In this document: one piece after another, positions 29,878 through 39,642 of the stretch
How positions within the stretch are numbered: the first letter of the stretch is position 1
How the letters are laid out: each line of letters opens with the position of its first letter
Assembly (NCBI GenBank): GCA_963709585.1
Contig: CAVPXI010000007.1
Coordinates: 550,024-614,023 of the forward strand
Source: Candidatus Dormiibacterota bacterium
GTDB lineage: Bacteria; Chloroflexota; Dormibacteria; Aeolococcales; Aeolococcaceae
Direction of reading: 5' to 3'
Length of the DNA: 64,000 nucleotides
Position numbers and translations under genes: made by a program
The notes under the pieces: generated by a model
The model's database searches: none
What the model saw: the letters and a program-made list of their open reading frames with translations, nothing else
Told to the model about the DNA's origin: nothing

Positions 29878-30537
29878 ATGACCGAACATCCCGGCGCCGG
29901 CCAGGCGGGGTCGGAGCCGGCAGGAGCTGATCGTCCGACCTTCCCGTCATACGAGGAGTTCGCCTCGGACCTGCTCGAAGCGGTCGACGCGGCGGGGCTG
30001 AGCATCGAGGACGTTCGCCACCACCTGGAGCCGGGCCTCGGCGAACGCCGCTTCGAGTGCACCGTCCGCCTCACCGGCGATCCGCCACCTCGCTATCACG
30101 TTCACGTGAGCTACACCTGGGACGCGCTGCTGACCTTCATCTCCGCCTACGGCCCGGGCGCGGACTGCGAGCTCTACCACGACGATGACGAGGCCCAGGA
30201 CTGCCCGCACCAGCAGATCACCCCGCAGGCCTTCGTCGACCTCGAGGCTGAGTTCGTCCTCGGCGACGGCGGCTATGAGCTGCACGATCTCGGTGAGGTG
30301 GGGGGCTGGGTCGAAACCGTGCAGTCCTTGCTGGGCAAGGCGTTTTCCGAGGACGACAAGCCGAGCGTGCACGTGGGGATCGCGGTGCTCGGAACCACGA
30401 CCCTCGTCGAGAAGTTCACCGCCGAGCATTCCTGGTTCCTCGACTTCGAGAAGCAACCGGACCTCGCGACCGTCGCGAAGCAGATCGACAGCGCGCTGAA
30501 GCTGGTCCCTCAGCTGGCCGACCGCCTGCCCATCTGA
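29878..30537 (+). CDS. Hypothetical acidic protein with Cys/His cluster
   Basis: Clean GC3-biased ORF; CELYH...DCPH. Confidence 0.7.
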   Translation: MTEHPGAGQAGSEPAGADRPTFPSYEEFASDLLEAVDAAGLSIEDVRHHLEPGLGERRFECTVRLTGDPPPRYHVHVSYTWDALLTFISAYGPGADCELYHDDDEAQDCPHQQITPQAFVDLEAEFVLGDGGYELHDLGEVGGWVETVQSLLGKAFSEDDKPSVHVGIAVLGTTTLVEKFTAEHSWFLDFEKQPDLATVAKQIDSALKLVPQLADRLPI

Positions 30538-30549
30538 GCGGGGCGCGAC

Positions 30550-30993
30550 TCAGGGTCCGCTGAAGCCGGCCGCCGTGAGCAGCTCACGCTCGAACGGTCG
30601 GTTGGCAAGCTCGGGGTGGGGAACCGTCAAGCCCGGTTCCTCGACGTCGATCTCGCCGTGCTCGCCGAGCATCAGGATGTCGGCGTCGGCGATGCGCGGC
30701 CCCCATCGATAGGTGGTCCGCAGGCCCGCGGCCAGCTCCGCAGCCTTGCAGTGCTCCAGCCACCGACGCGGCGGCCACGGTGCCGGGCTCTGGAGCCGGA
30801 CCACCTGGTTGTGGAAGTCGCCCTGGGCCGTGACACCGACCGGTCGGGTCAGGATCTCGGGTGACAGGGCAACGATTTCCACCTCGTTCTCGGTGAGCGC
30901 GGCGCGCAGGCGGGCGAGGTTGCGCCCGCGGTGACCGAGGTTGCTCCCCAGTCCCACCCACGCGGTGTCGGTGACCGGCGGGTCAGCCCTCAT
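30550..30993 (-). CDS. folK: 2-amino-4-hydroxy-6-hydroxymethyldihydropteridine diphosphokinase
   Basis: GLGSNLG, RWGPRIADADIL, LTVPHP. Confidence 0.93.
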   Translation of the reverse strand: MRADPPVTDTAWVGLGSNLGHRGRNLARLRAALTENEVEIVALSPEILTRPVGVTAQGDFHNQVVRLQSPAPWPPRRWLEHCKAAELAAGLRTTYRWGPRIADADILMLGEHGEIDVEEPGLTVPHPELANRPFERELLTAAGFSGP

Positions 30994-32234
30994 CCGGTCG
31001 GGCCGGGGATCGGCAGGCCGAGGAGCGCCGCCGGGGTCCCACGCAGCACGGCGTCGGCGGCACGAAGCGCGCGCACCGTCTCGGCCACGTCGTGGACACG
31101 AACCATGTGGGCTCCCGCCTGCACCGCGAGCACCGCGAGCGCGAGGCTCGGCTCGAGCCGGTGCGCTTGATCGGTCTCACCGATGAGCAGCCCGGTGGTC
31201 GACTTTCGCGATGGACCGACCAGCACCGCACGGCCCATGCCCAGCAGCTCCCCGAGGCGGCGTATCAGTTCGAGGTTGTGCGCCGGCGTTTTGGCAAAGC
31301 CGAACCCGGGGTCGATGATCACCAGGGATGGCGCGATACCGGCCTTCTCGGCGACCGCGAGGCTCTGGCGCAAACCGAGGCACACATCCTCCAGGAGATC
31401 GCCGTACTCGGTCCCGTGCTGGTTGTGCATGGCGATCACCCCCGTTCCGGGGTGCGCGGCGATGACCGCGGCCATGTCCGGATCGCCGCGCAGCCCCCAG
31501 ACGTCATTGACGATCACCGCCCCGGCGTCGAGTGCCGCGGAGGCGACTGCCGCTTTGCGCGTGTCGATGCTGATCGGGACCGGGAGCCGGCCTGCCAGCT
31601 CGCGGATCACCGGCAGAACGCGCGCCATCTCGACCTCCGCCGAAATCTCGTCCCTGTTGGGGGATGGCCTCGTGCTCTCCCCGCCGATGTCGACGACGTC
31701 TGCGCCCGCTTCGGCGAGCGCTTGCGCCCGGGTAACCGCCGCGACCAGGTCGTCGCCCACCCCGTCGCCGGAGAACAAGTCGGGGGTGACGTTGAGGATC
31801 CCCATCACGAGGGTTCGCTTGCCGAACTCGAGGCGGTGTCCTGGGACCTCGAGCGGTGGCGGGGGTGCTCCGCGTGCCATCAGCACCGACCCGATCGCGG
31901 CGCCGACATCGCCTGCCTGATCGCTCCAGGCGGCGAGTTGCGCGGGCAGTGAGCCCGCGGTGATGAGCGGCATCAGAAGCACGGCTCGATCGCCGTCGGC
32001 ATTGCTCAGGACCTCGCCGCCGCCCGACGCGACCAACCGCTCGAGGACCCGAATCTGATCCAGGCTCAGACCGCGGAGCGCGAGCGCCTCCACCGCGCCG
32101 CGCTCGGCGAGCACGGTGAGCTTGTCCGGAGGCAGGCCCAGCCGGAGCACGGCGTCGCGCAACGCGTCCGCGGGCCCGGGCAGCAGCGGCCGCACGCTGT
32201 ACCGAGCGGCGAGCTCAGCGCTCCCCGCGCCCAT
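30990..32234 (-). CDS. folP: Dihydropteroate synthase with N-terminal extension
   Basis: MGILNVTPD(L)FS, DIGGESTRP, ISIDT, DPGFGFAK, SRKS, RVHDV. Confidence 0.94.
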   Translation of the reverse strand: MGAGSAELAARYSVRPLLPGPADALRDAVLRLGLPPDKLTVLAERGAVEALALRGLSLDQIRVLERLVASGGGEVLSNADGDRAVLLMPLITAGSLPAQLAAWSDQAGDVGAAIGSVLMARGAPPPPLEVPGHRLEFGKRTLVMGILNVTPDLFSGDGVGDDLVAAVTRAQALAEAGADVVDIGGESTRPSPNRDEISAEVEMARVLPVIRELAGRLPVPISIDTRKAAVASAALDAGAVIVNDVWGLRGDPDMAAVIAAHPGTGVIAMHNQHGTEYGDLLEDVCLGLRQSLAVAEKAGIAPSLVIIDPGFGFAKTPAHNLELIRRLGELLGMGRAVLVGPSRKSTTGLLIGETDQAHRLEPSLALAVLAVQAGAHMVRVHDVAETVRALRAADAVLRGTPAALLGLPIPGPTG

Positions 32235-32235
32235 G

Positions 32236-32730
32236 TCAACTCCCGCCGGCCGGGATATCCGCCGGCTGCAGCTCGCCAGCCTCGCGCTTGGGCACCATGA
32301 CCCGGCGCTTGAAGATGCACACGCGCTCACCGCGTTGATTGAAGGCGCGCGTCTCGACGGTGATGATCCCGCGGTCGGGCTTGCTCGACAACTCGCGCTT
32401 GTCGAGCACGGTGGTCTCCGCGTAGATCGTGTCACCGTGGAAGGTTGGGTTCTCGTGCTTGAGCAACTCGACCTCGAGGTTGGCGATCGCCTTGCCGCTG
32501 ATGTCGGCGACGCTCATCCCGAGCGCGAGGCTGTAGACGAGGTTGCCGACCACCACGTTGCGCTTGAACTCCGTTTTCGTCTCCGCGTAGTGCGCGTCGG
32601 AGTGGAGCGGATGCTGGTTCATGGTGAGCATGCAGAAGAGATGATCGTCCGCCTCGGTGATGGTCTTGCCCGGCCAGTGCTTGTACGTGGTCCCGACCTC
32701 GAACTCCTCGTAGTAGCGGCCGAACTGCAT
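32236..32730 (-). CDS. MaoC-family dehydratase
   Basis: GRYYEEFEVG, KTITEAD, TMNQHPLH, PTFHGDT. Confidence 0.92.
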   Translation of the reverse strand: MQFGRYYEEFEVGTTYKHWPGKTITEADDHLFCMLTMNQHPLHSDAHYAETKTEFKRNVVVGNLVYSLALGMSVADISGKAIANLEVELLKHENPTFHGDTIYAETTVLDKRELSSKPDRGIITVETRAFNQRGERVCIFKRRVMVPKREAGELQPADIPAGGS

Positions 32731-32734
32731 CCGC

Positions 32735-33283
32735 TCAGACCCCGACGGGTATCGCTCGTGCCGCCCGGAGCGCGGCGAGGACGTCCGAAACCGGCGCGTG
32801 GTCCCCGGCGGCGCGGCTGACGTGCTGATACAGCACCGTGTTCCCGGGCGCCATGACCACGAGCCCGCCCTGCTGGTAGGCGTGGCCCTTCATCGTGGAC
32901 TGCCGCGCCCCCGAGCGGAACGCACGAATCCCCGCGCCCCAGGCGCCGGGCCCGAGCGTGGACAGCAGTCCCGACCGCGCGCCGATTGCTCTGTAGGAGA
33001 CGAGGTCGGGGTCGGTCAGCACCGTTGAATCAGCCGCGAAACGTTGCTGGAACCATGCCGCCGCGCGCGCGCTGCCGTTGCCGACAAACGCGATCCCGCC
33101 GCCGAGCGCCGCGATGGCGCCACGATTCGCGCGGATCTCGGCGACCTGCTCGCGGCAGAAGACGCATCCGAAATGACGGAGCCACACGATCACCGCCGGG
33201 TGATCGGCCCACTCCCGCGCCAGCCGAACGGCGCTGCCGGTGGTGTCGAGGACGGTTGCGGCGCCAAGCGCGCGTGTGTCCAT
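32735..33283 (-). CDS. Peroxiredoxin-like (AhpC/TSA-2) thioredoxin-fold protein
   Basis: WLRHFGCVFCRE (CxxC), QQGG, DH. Confidence 0.82.
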   Translation of the reverse strand: MDTRALGAATVLDTTGSAVRLAREWADHPAVIVWLRHFGCVFCREQVAEIRANRGAIAALGGGIAFVGNGSARAAAWFQQRFAADSTVLTDPDLVSYRAIGARSGLLSTLGPGAWGAGIRAFRSGARQSTMKGHAYQQGGLVVMAPGNTVLYQHVSRAAGDHAPVSDVLAALRAARAIPVGV

Positions 33284-33300
33284 GGTGCAACCTACTGTAC

Positions 33301-34173
33301 GTGGCCGCGAAGCAACTCCGCCCCGATGCGTCGAGCGCCACCGCCACGATCGTCCACGGCGAGGCACTCGAGGTGCTCCGCTCGTTGCCCGACGGATGCG
33401 CCGGGCTCGTCTACGTCGATCCGCCGTTCAACACCGGCGGCGCGCGCACCGGTCTGAGAACCACCACCACCGCGGATGCGACCGCGACGCGTCTCGGGTT
33501 TGCCGGACGCCACTATCGCGTTGAGCGTCGATCAGGGGCGCGGTACGACGACCGCTTCGACGATTACATCGGATGGCTTCGTCCCCGGCTCGAGGAGACG
33601 AGGCGGATCCTCGCGTCGCAGGGGAGCCTGTACTTCCACATCGACCCGCGCAAGTCGCACTACTGCAAGGTGCTCCTCGATGAGATCTTCGGACGCAACT
33701 CGTTTCTCAACGAGGTGGTGTGGGCGTACGACTACGGGGCCCGGACTGCACGCAGGTGGCCGGCGAAACACGACGTGATCCTTGTGTACGTGAAGGATCC
33801 GCGCGGGTATCACTTCGACGCGTCGGAGGTCGCGCGCGAGCCGTACATGGCCCCGCGCCTGCAGACGCCGGAGCGCGCCGCGCGCGGCAAGCTGCCCACC
33901 GATGTGTGGTGGCACACCATCGTGCCCACGTCATCGCGCGAAAGGACCGGCTATCCGACTCAGAAGCCGCTCGGGATCCTCCGCCGGATCGTCTCGGCTT
34001 CGTCGCGGCCGGGCGACCTGGTGCTTGACTGGTGCGCGGGGAGCGGCACCACGGGCGCCGCCGCCGCCGAGATGGGCCGGAGGTTTCTGCTGGTCGACGA
34101 TCAGCCGGAGGCGATCGAGGTCATGCGCCGCAGGCTCGCCGGCGTGCCCGGGTTGCGGGTGATCACCCAGTGA
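33301..34173 (+). CDS. Beta-class N4/N6 DNA methyltransferase (orphan)
   Basis: YVDPPFNTG catalytic motif before YPTQKP and DWCAGSGTT SAM motif. Confidence 0.92.
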   Translation: MAAKQLRPDASSATATIVHGEALEVLRSLPDGCAGLVYVDPPFNTGGARTGLRTTTTADATATRLGFAGRHYRVERRSGARYDDRFDDYIGWLRPRLEETRRILASQGSLYFHIDPRKSHYCKVLLDEIFGRNSFLNEVVWAYDYGARTARRWPAKHDVILVYVKDPRGYHFDASEVAREPYMAPRLQTPERAARGKLPTDVWWHTIVPTSSRERTGYPTQKPLGILRRIVSASSRPGDLVLDWCAGSGTTGAAAAEMGRRFLLVDDQPEAIEVMRRRLAGVPGLRVITQ

Positions 34174-35326
34174 TGCGATGGCGCTCCAGCAAACCCCTGG
34201 CGATGATCAAACGCTGAATCTCGTTGGTGCCCTCGCCGATGATCAGGAGCGGCGCGTCGCGGTAGAGGCGCTCGACGTCGTACTCCTTCGAGAAACCGTA
34301 GCCCCCATGGACGCGGAGCGACTCGCTGACGACTTCGAAGCACGTCTCGCTGGCGAAAAGCTTGGCCATGCCGCACTCGACATCGGCTCGCTCGCCTGCG
34401 TCCTTCTTGCGCGCGGCGAAGTTCGTGAGCAGCCGCGCCGCCTGGATCTTGGTCGCCATGTCGGCGAGCTTGAACTGAATGGCCTCGTGCTCGGCGATGG
34501 GCACCCCGAACGCGTGTCGCTGCTGCGCGTATGCGATCGACAGCTCGAATGCCCGCTGCGCGACGCCGACGCCACGCGCGGCGACGTTGACGCGACCCAC
34601 CTCGATCGCCGCCATCATCTGCTTGAACCCCTGACCCTCCACCTCGCCGAGCAGGTTGGTGGCGGGCTGACGGTTGTTCTCGAAGACGAGCTCGGTCGTC
34701 TCGACGCCCTTGTAGCCGAGCTTCTCGATGCGTCGCGATGACGTGAACCCGGGATACTGTTTCTCGGCGAGGATGCACGACATGCCGCGGTGCGCGGGTG
34801 TGGCGTCGGGATCGGTCTTGACAAGCGTCGCCACAACAGTCGAATGCTCGCCGTTGGTCGCCCACATCTTGGTTCCGTTGATCACGTACTCGCCGTTGTC
34901 CCGGATCGCTCGGGTCTGGATCGCCTGAACGTCCGACCCGCAGTTCGGCTCGCTCATCGAGAATCCGCCGTGGAATTCGCCGGTGGCCATGCGCGGCAGG
35001 AACCGCTGCTTCTGCTCATCCGTCCCGAAATTGTCGATCAGGAAGCTGACGATGAAATGCGTGTTGATGATGCCGGTGATCGACATCCACCCCCGCGCGA
35101 TCTCCTCGCACACCATCGCGTAGGTCGCGTAGTCGAGGCCGGTGCCCCCGTGCTGCTCGGGGATGGCGAAGCCGAAGAATCCGAGCTTCTTCATCTGCCC
35201 CACGATCTTCTCCGGGTAGATGTCGTCGTGGTCGAGGTCGTGCGCGACCGGGATGATCTCTCGCTCCACGAAGTCGCGGACCATGCCGACGATCTCGCGC
35301 TGCTCGGCGGTCATGTCGATGGACAC
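34163..35326 (-). CDS. Acyl-CoA dehydrogenase
   Basis: MSEPNCGSD, GTKMWATNG, QFKLADM, HGGYGF, IGEGTNEIQ. Confidence 0.95.
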   Translation of the reverse strand: MSIDMTAEQREIVGMVRDFVEREIIPVAHDLDHDDIYPEKIVGQMKKLGFFGFAIPEQHGGTGLDYATYAMVCEEIARGWMSITGIINTHFIVSFLIDNFGTDEQKQRFLPRMATGEFHGGFSMSEPNCGSDVQAIQTRAIRDNGEYVINGTKMWATNGEHSTVVATLVKTDPDATPAHRGMSCILAEKQYPGFTSSRRIEKLGYKGVETTELVFENNRQPATNLLGEVEGQGFKQMMAAIEVGRVNVAARGVGVAQRAFELSIAYAQQRHAFGVPIAEHEAIQFKLADMATKIQAARLLTNFAARKKDAGERADVECGMAKLFASETCFEVVSESLRVHGGYGFSKEYDVERLYRDAPLLIIGEGTNEIQRLIIARGLLERHRITG

Positions 35327-35355
35327 GCGATGAGTCTAGTCGCCGCGGTCCGGCG

Positions 35356-36081
35356 TCAGGCTCGAGCGACGCCGAGGATGTGCACCTGCGCGCCGTGCAG
35401 TCGCGATTTCGCCAGGACGCGCTCGATCCCAAACGACGCCTCGAGCAGCGGTCGATTAAAGGCGATGTAGGACGGGTCGGCGTTGTAGGTCAAGTCCGTG
35501 TGTGCGAAGCCGGCGGCGTTGAGGAGTCGGTGCAGCCGGGCGCCGCTGTTGGCCCGATAGCGGACCGGGTAGGCGTCCCCCTCGCCGCGTCCATAGAGCC
35601 GCCGCGTGAGCCCGGCATGCCATCGATCGGGGATCGCCCTGATCATCCAGGCGTTGTAGTTCCAGGCATTCGGCGTGAGGAAGACGAAACTCCCGCCGGC
35701 CACCAGCACCCGGCGGACTTCGGAGAAGACGAGACCGGGGTGGTCGAGGTGCTCGAGAACCCAGGCCGAGGCGACAACCTCGAACGTCCCCCCGCCGAAC
35801 GGCAGTTCCTCACCGGACCCCACCACGCGATGCGCGATGACCCGGTTCCCGGCGAGGGCCTCCGGGTCCGGATCCAGGCCGAACACCATGGCACCGGGCG
35901 CACACGAGAGATCGTCGCCGTGCAGGCCATTTCGCCCGCAACCGAGATCGAGGATTCGCGCACCTTGCCCCGAGGCCGCCCCGATCATCGCCCGGTACCG
36001 GCTCACGCTGTCGACCCACGAGGGATTGCGACGTTGGTACTCCGCGCGGGCGCGCACCTGCCGCTCGAAGCCTCCCGCCAT
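35356..36081 (-). CDS. Class I SAM-dependent methyltransferase
   Basis: ILDLGCG, ELPF, VLEHL, LVAGG..VFLTPN. Confidence 0.88.
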   Translation of the reverse strand: MAGGFERQVRARAEYQRRNPSWVDSVSRYRAMIGAASGQGARILDLGCGRNGLHGDDLSCAPGAMVFGLDPDPEALAGNRVIAHRVVGSGEELPFGGGTFEVVASAWVLEHLDHPGLVFSEVRRVLVAGGSFVFLTPNAWNYNAWMIRAIPDRWHAGLTRRLYGRGEGDAYPVRYRANSGARLHRLLNAAGFAHTDLTYNADPSYIAFNRPLLEASFGIERVLAKSRLHGAQVHILGVARA

Positions 36082-36161
36082 GCCTTTGGCAGTGTAATCG
36101 GCGGTCGAGGTGGCGGTCGCACTGATAGAGTTGCGGCGATGAGCGAACGGCCGTTCGCGCG

Positions 36162-36956
36162 ATGATCGCCCACGCCGCCGGCAACGATTCCACGCTGGCG
36201 AGTGCGGCGTCACCCGTTCCGGCGCTCGGCAGCTTTGCCATCCGCACGCAGGACTGCATCGACTTCCTTCGAGGGCTGGCCGACGGATCGGTGGATCTGA
36301 TCGTTACCGACCCGGCGTACTCGGGGATGAACCGGCACATGAAGTTCGGGCATGGACGGATCGTCGGCCACTATGGGAAGCCCGACAACGCACGCTGGTT
36401 CCAGGAGTTCTCGGACGACCCCAAGTCGTACGCGGTGTTTCTCGGTGAGTGCCGGCGCGTGCTCCGTCAGGACCGCCACATCTACATCATGTTCGACAGC
36501 TTTTCCATGCTCTCGTTGGGGGCACTGGTCCGCGATTTCTTCGATGTCAAGGGCGTCGTGGTCTGGGACAAGATGCACCTGGGGATGGGCCACTACTTCC
36601 GGCGCCGTCACGAGCAGATCGTCTTCGCGAGCAAGGGGCGGAGAAAGCTGTCGCGTCGAGACCTGCCCGACGTATGGGCCGTCCCACGCATCCACCGCGC
36701 GACATATCCAACGCAGAAACCCGTACAACTCTTCGATTACATGGTGCAGGCCAGCGCAGCCCCCGGATTCCTGGTATGCGATCCGTTCTGCGGGAGCGGG
36801 TCGTCGGGGATCGCCGCGCTGCTCGGCGGCTGTGATTTCATCGGCGCGGACATCAACTCGCGGGCGGTCGATATCGCCAAGGATCGCCTCACCAGGTTCA
36901 TGGCTACGGGGCAGGATCCGCTCGAGCCCCGAAGTCCTGCTTCCCGCTCCTCCTAG
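36162..36956 (+). CDS. Beta-class N4/N6 DNA methyltransferase (orphan) with DPAY motif IV
   Basis: LIVTDPAY, VWDK, YPTQKP, CDPFCGSGS. Confidence 0.88.
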   Translation: MIAHAAGNDSTLASAASPVPALGSFAIRTQDCIDFLRGLADGSVDLIVTDPAYSGMNRHMKFGHGRIVGHYGKPDNARWFQEFSDDPKSYAVFLGECRRVLRQDRHIYIMFDSFSMLSLGALVRDFFDVKGVVVWDKMHLGMGHYFRRRHEQIVFASKGRRKLSRRDLPDVWAVPRIHRATYPTQKPVQLFDYMVQASAAPGFLVCDPFCGSGSSGIAALLGGCDFIGADINSRAVDIAKDRLTRFMATGQDPLEPRSPASRSS

Positions 36957-39217
36957 CCCAGGTCTGCAGGCACCGGACCCCGGACTATCGCCCCACGGAA
37001 GATCCGGTGGGGCCAGAACGCTCGCCGCCCCGTCAGGACGAGCAGGGCGGGGAGCAGGAACGAGCGCACCACGAAAGCGTCGATCACCACACCGACGCCC
37101 ATGATGAAGGCGAACTCCCGGAAGGGTTGGACCGGAACCAGCGCCAGGACCGCGAAGCTCGCCGCCAGGGTCACGGCGGCGATCGAGATCGCACGCGACG
37201 CCCTCGGGAGCGCCGCCTCGACGGCACCGGCCATGCTGCGAGCGCGCGCCTCCTCCCAGATGCGGCCCATCACGAACACGCTGTAGTCGGCGCCGAGCGA
37301 TACCAGCAGCACCCCGGCGGTCACCGGAACGAAAAACGTGACATCCGGATAGCCGAGGGGGCCCTGGAAGACATCGACGAAGACACCGAGAGATGCGGCA
37401 AGGCCGAGAGCGCTCGACGCGATCAACAGCAGCGGCGCCAGGACCGCCCGGAAATAGAGCATCAGGACGAGGCTCATCAGCAAGGCTGCGAGCAGCGCAA
37501 CCCGCCAGATGTCGGTGTCGGTCGCGGCGACCGCATCCGCCGAGGTGGGAGTGGCGCCTGACCACGAGGCCGTCGTCCCGCGCAAACCCGCCGCGGGAAG
37601 AGCCAGCGCAACGCGCTGCTCCAGAGAGGTGAAGGCGCTGATCGCGGCGGCATCGTAGGGATCGTCGCGGAAGACGACGAAGAGGCGGACCGCACCCTGG
37701 TTGGCCGTCGAAAAGAGCGCGGAACCGACGTTCATCGGCAACCGGTTCGGCCCGACCACGGCATCCACCCCGGGGCTTTGGGTGATCAGCCGCTCGACCC
37801 GAGCGAGCGACGCGCTCTCCGCTCCGATGCCCGGGGCCTGGAGGATCAGCGCCGTCGGACCGACGATCCCGGAGCCGAAGCCGGCCGATGCCGCATCTGC
37901 GGCCCGGCGGGGCTCGCTGGTGGTGGGCAGGCCGCTGATCACGTTGGTGCCGAGGTGGACTTGAGCAAGCCCGCTCGCCGCCGCGAGCAGGACGGCCGCA
38001 CAGACCAGCACAGCCAGCCCGGCCGCCCATCGCCGGCCGATCAGCCGGGCGACCGCTCGCCGTCCTCTGCCCTCGTCCGCGCTTCGGCTGGAGGGCTGCG
38101 CAGACCTCCGCGGCAGGCTCGGCCAGAACGCGACCCGCCCGAGCACCCCGACGAGCGCCGGGACGAAGGAGATCGATACGAGCCCTGCGATGATCACGGC
38201 GACCGCCATGCCCGGACCGACGGCGTGGAAGAAGTCCAGGTCGGCGCCGATCAACGCGACCGTCCCGGCGGCAACCGTGAGTGCCGCCGCGATCACCAGT
38301 GGGACGACCCGCGACGAGGTGTTCCGCGACGCTCTCGTGCGCCGTTCGCCCTCCGCGAGCCTGGCGCGCATTCCCGTCAGCGTGAAGACGGAGTAGTCGG
38401 TGACCACCCCGAGGATCAGCACGATCATGATCGGCGACAGCTGCGACGGAATCTGCAGTCCGAGGGCGTGCGCTCCCCAGCCGAGGACGTGCCGGGTCAC
38501 GAGGTAGGCGACGCCGGCTCCAGCCAGCGGCACCACCGGCGCGATCGGGGAACGGAAGATCCCGCCGACCAGGACGGCAATCACCACCACTGTCACCAGT
38601 TCCAGCAGGAGCAAGGCGTTCTCGATGAGGTTGCCCTCGGTGATCTGGGCGGGCACGGGTCCGGTGACCCCGACCGATGTCCCCGGTGGCCGGGGGGCGG
38701 CGCCCGCGTAGCGCTGAGCGCCGGCGCTGATGTCCCCGGACTGGGCGCTCGAGGGGAAGAAGAGGAACGTCACCGCGGTGGTGGCCGGGCGCCGAGTGGC
38801 TGAGATCAGGCCGGGGACGTTGACCAGGGGCACCGCGAAGTCTGGCCGGCCTGGCGACGCCGACGTCGGGTGTGAGCTGTCGACGGCCCGCGCCTGCTGC
38901 CCGATCTTGACCAGGGAGCTCGCCGGAAGCGTGCTCGAGCTGTGCTCGACGACCAACGCCGAGCTGTCCGCGAGCGAAGACCCGAACAGCCGCTGTTCAG
39001 CCGTCTGCGCGCGCGATGCCGCCGTGTTGCTCGGGACAAGCTGCACCAATCCGAATCCGGAATCCGAGCCGAAATCGGGGAGGAACGCCGTCGCCGCGAC
39101 GGTCACGGCGATCCAGACCGCGATGATCGGCAACCCGAGGTGTGCGATGACCCCCGCGTACAGCCGCCACGGCCAGGGGACGGTGGAGAGATCGTCGCTA
39201 ATTCCGTTATAGCTCAT
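36953..39217 (-). CDS. MMPL/RND-family transporter
   Basis: Two repeats: GVTGP / LGVVTDYSVF and WSGAT / LGADYSVF; DAFVVRSFLLP. Confidence 0.9.
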   Translation of the reverse strand: MSYNGISDDLSTVPWPWRLYAGVIAHLGLPIIAVWIAVTVAATAFLPDFGSDSGFGLVQLVPSNTAASRAQTAEQRLFGSSLADSSALVVEHSSSTLPASSLVKIGQQARAVDSSHPTSASPGRPDFAVPLVNVPGLISATRRPATTAVTFLFFPSSAQSGDISAGAQRYAGAAPRPPGTSVGVTGPVPAQITEGNLIENALLLLELVTVVVIAVLVGGIFRSPIAPVVPLAGAGVAYLVTRHVLGWGAHALGLQIPSQLSPIMIVLILGVVTDYSVFTLTGMRARLAEGERRTRASRNTSSRVVPLVIAAALTVAAGTVALIGADLDFFHAVGPGMAVAVIIAGLVSISFVPALVGVLGRVAFWPSLPRRSAQPSSRSADEGRGRRAVARLIGRRWAAGLAVLVCAAVLLAAASGLAQVHLGTNVISGLPTTSEPRRAADAASAGFGSGIVGPTALILQAPGIGAESASLARVERLITQSPGVDAVVGPNRLPMNVGSALFSTANQGAVRLFVVFRDDPYDAAAISAFTSLEQRVALALPAAGLRGTTASWSGATPTSADAVAATDTDIWRVALLAALLMSLVLMLYFRAVLAPLLLIASSALGLAASLGVFVDVFQGPLGYPDVTFFVPVTAGVLLVSLGADYSVFVMGRIWEEARARSMAGAVEAALPRASRAISIAAVTLAASFAVLALVPVQPFREFAFIMGVGVVIDAFVVRSFLLPALLVLTGRRAFWPHRIFRGAIVRGPVPADLG

Positions 39218-39257
39218 GCGCGTCTTGGCCGCAGAGAAGGAGAACTGCGCGCCCGGC

Positions 39258-39641
39258 TCAGGACGAGAACTGCGTCACCGACAGCAGGTTCCCGTCCGGA
39301 TCCTCGAACCAGGCAACCCGATCCCCCGCCGGTGCGGTCCAGATACCCGCATCGTCGACCTCCATACCCCGATAGTGCACGAATGCGACGCCGGCAGCGG
39401 CGAGCCTGCCGGCCGTCGATGCGATGTCGTCGACACCCCAGCCGAGCACCGTGTATCGCACCCGCGAAAGCTTGCGCACCGGTGTCAGCCGCAGCATCGT
39501 TCCGTTGGCGTCGAAGACGCACGCAAAAGGACTCTCCTCGGCCACGCGCAACCCGAGTGTGTCCGCGTAGAAGGCACGAGCGCGCGGAAGATCCGTGGTC
39601 GGCACAAAGGCGATGAGGCGTCCGTCGTCGAGGGCGCCCAT
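39258..39641 (-). CDS. VOC/glyoxalase-family protein
   Basis: DLPRARAFYADTLGL, AWFEDPDGNLL. Confidence 0.9.
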   Translation of the reverse strand: MGALDDGRLIAFVPTTDLPRARAFYADTLGLRVAEESPFACVFDANGTMLRLTPVRKLSRVRYTVLGWGVDDIASTAGRLAAAGVAFVHYRGMEVDDAGIWTAPAGDRVAWFEDPDGNLLSVTQFSS

Positions 39642-39642
39642 G

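Noticed and set aside
32735-33283. Selenoprotein in the AhpC-like gene
   Set aside because: The motif is encoded as CVFC with ordinary Cys codons
33301-36956. Restriction-modification system
   Set aside because: No endonuclease or specificity subunit is near either methyltransferase
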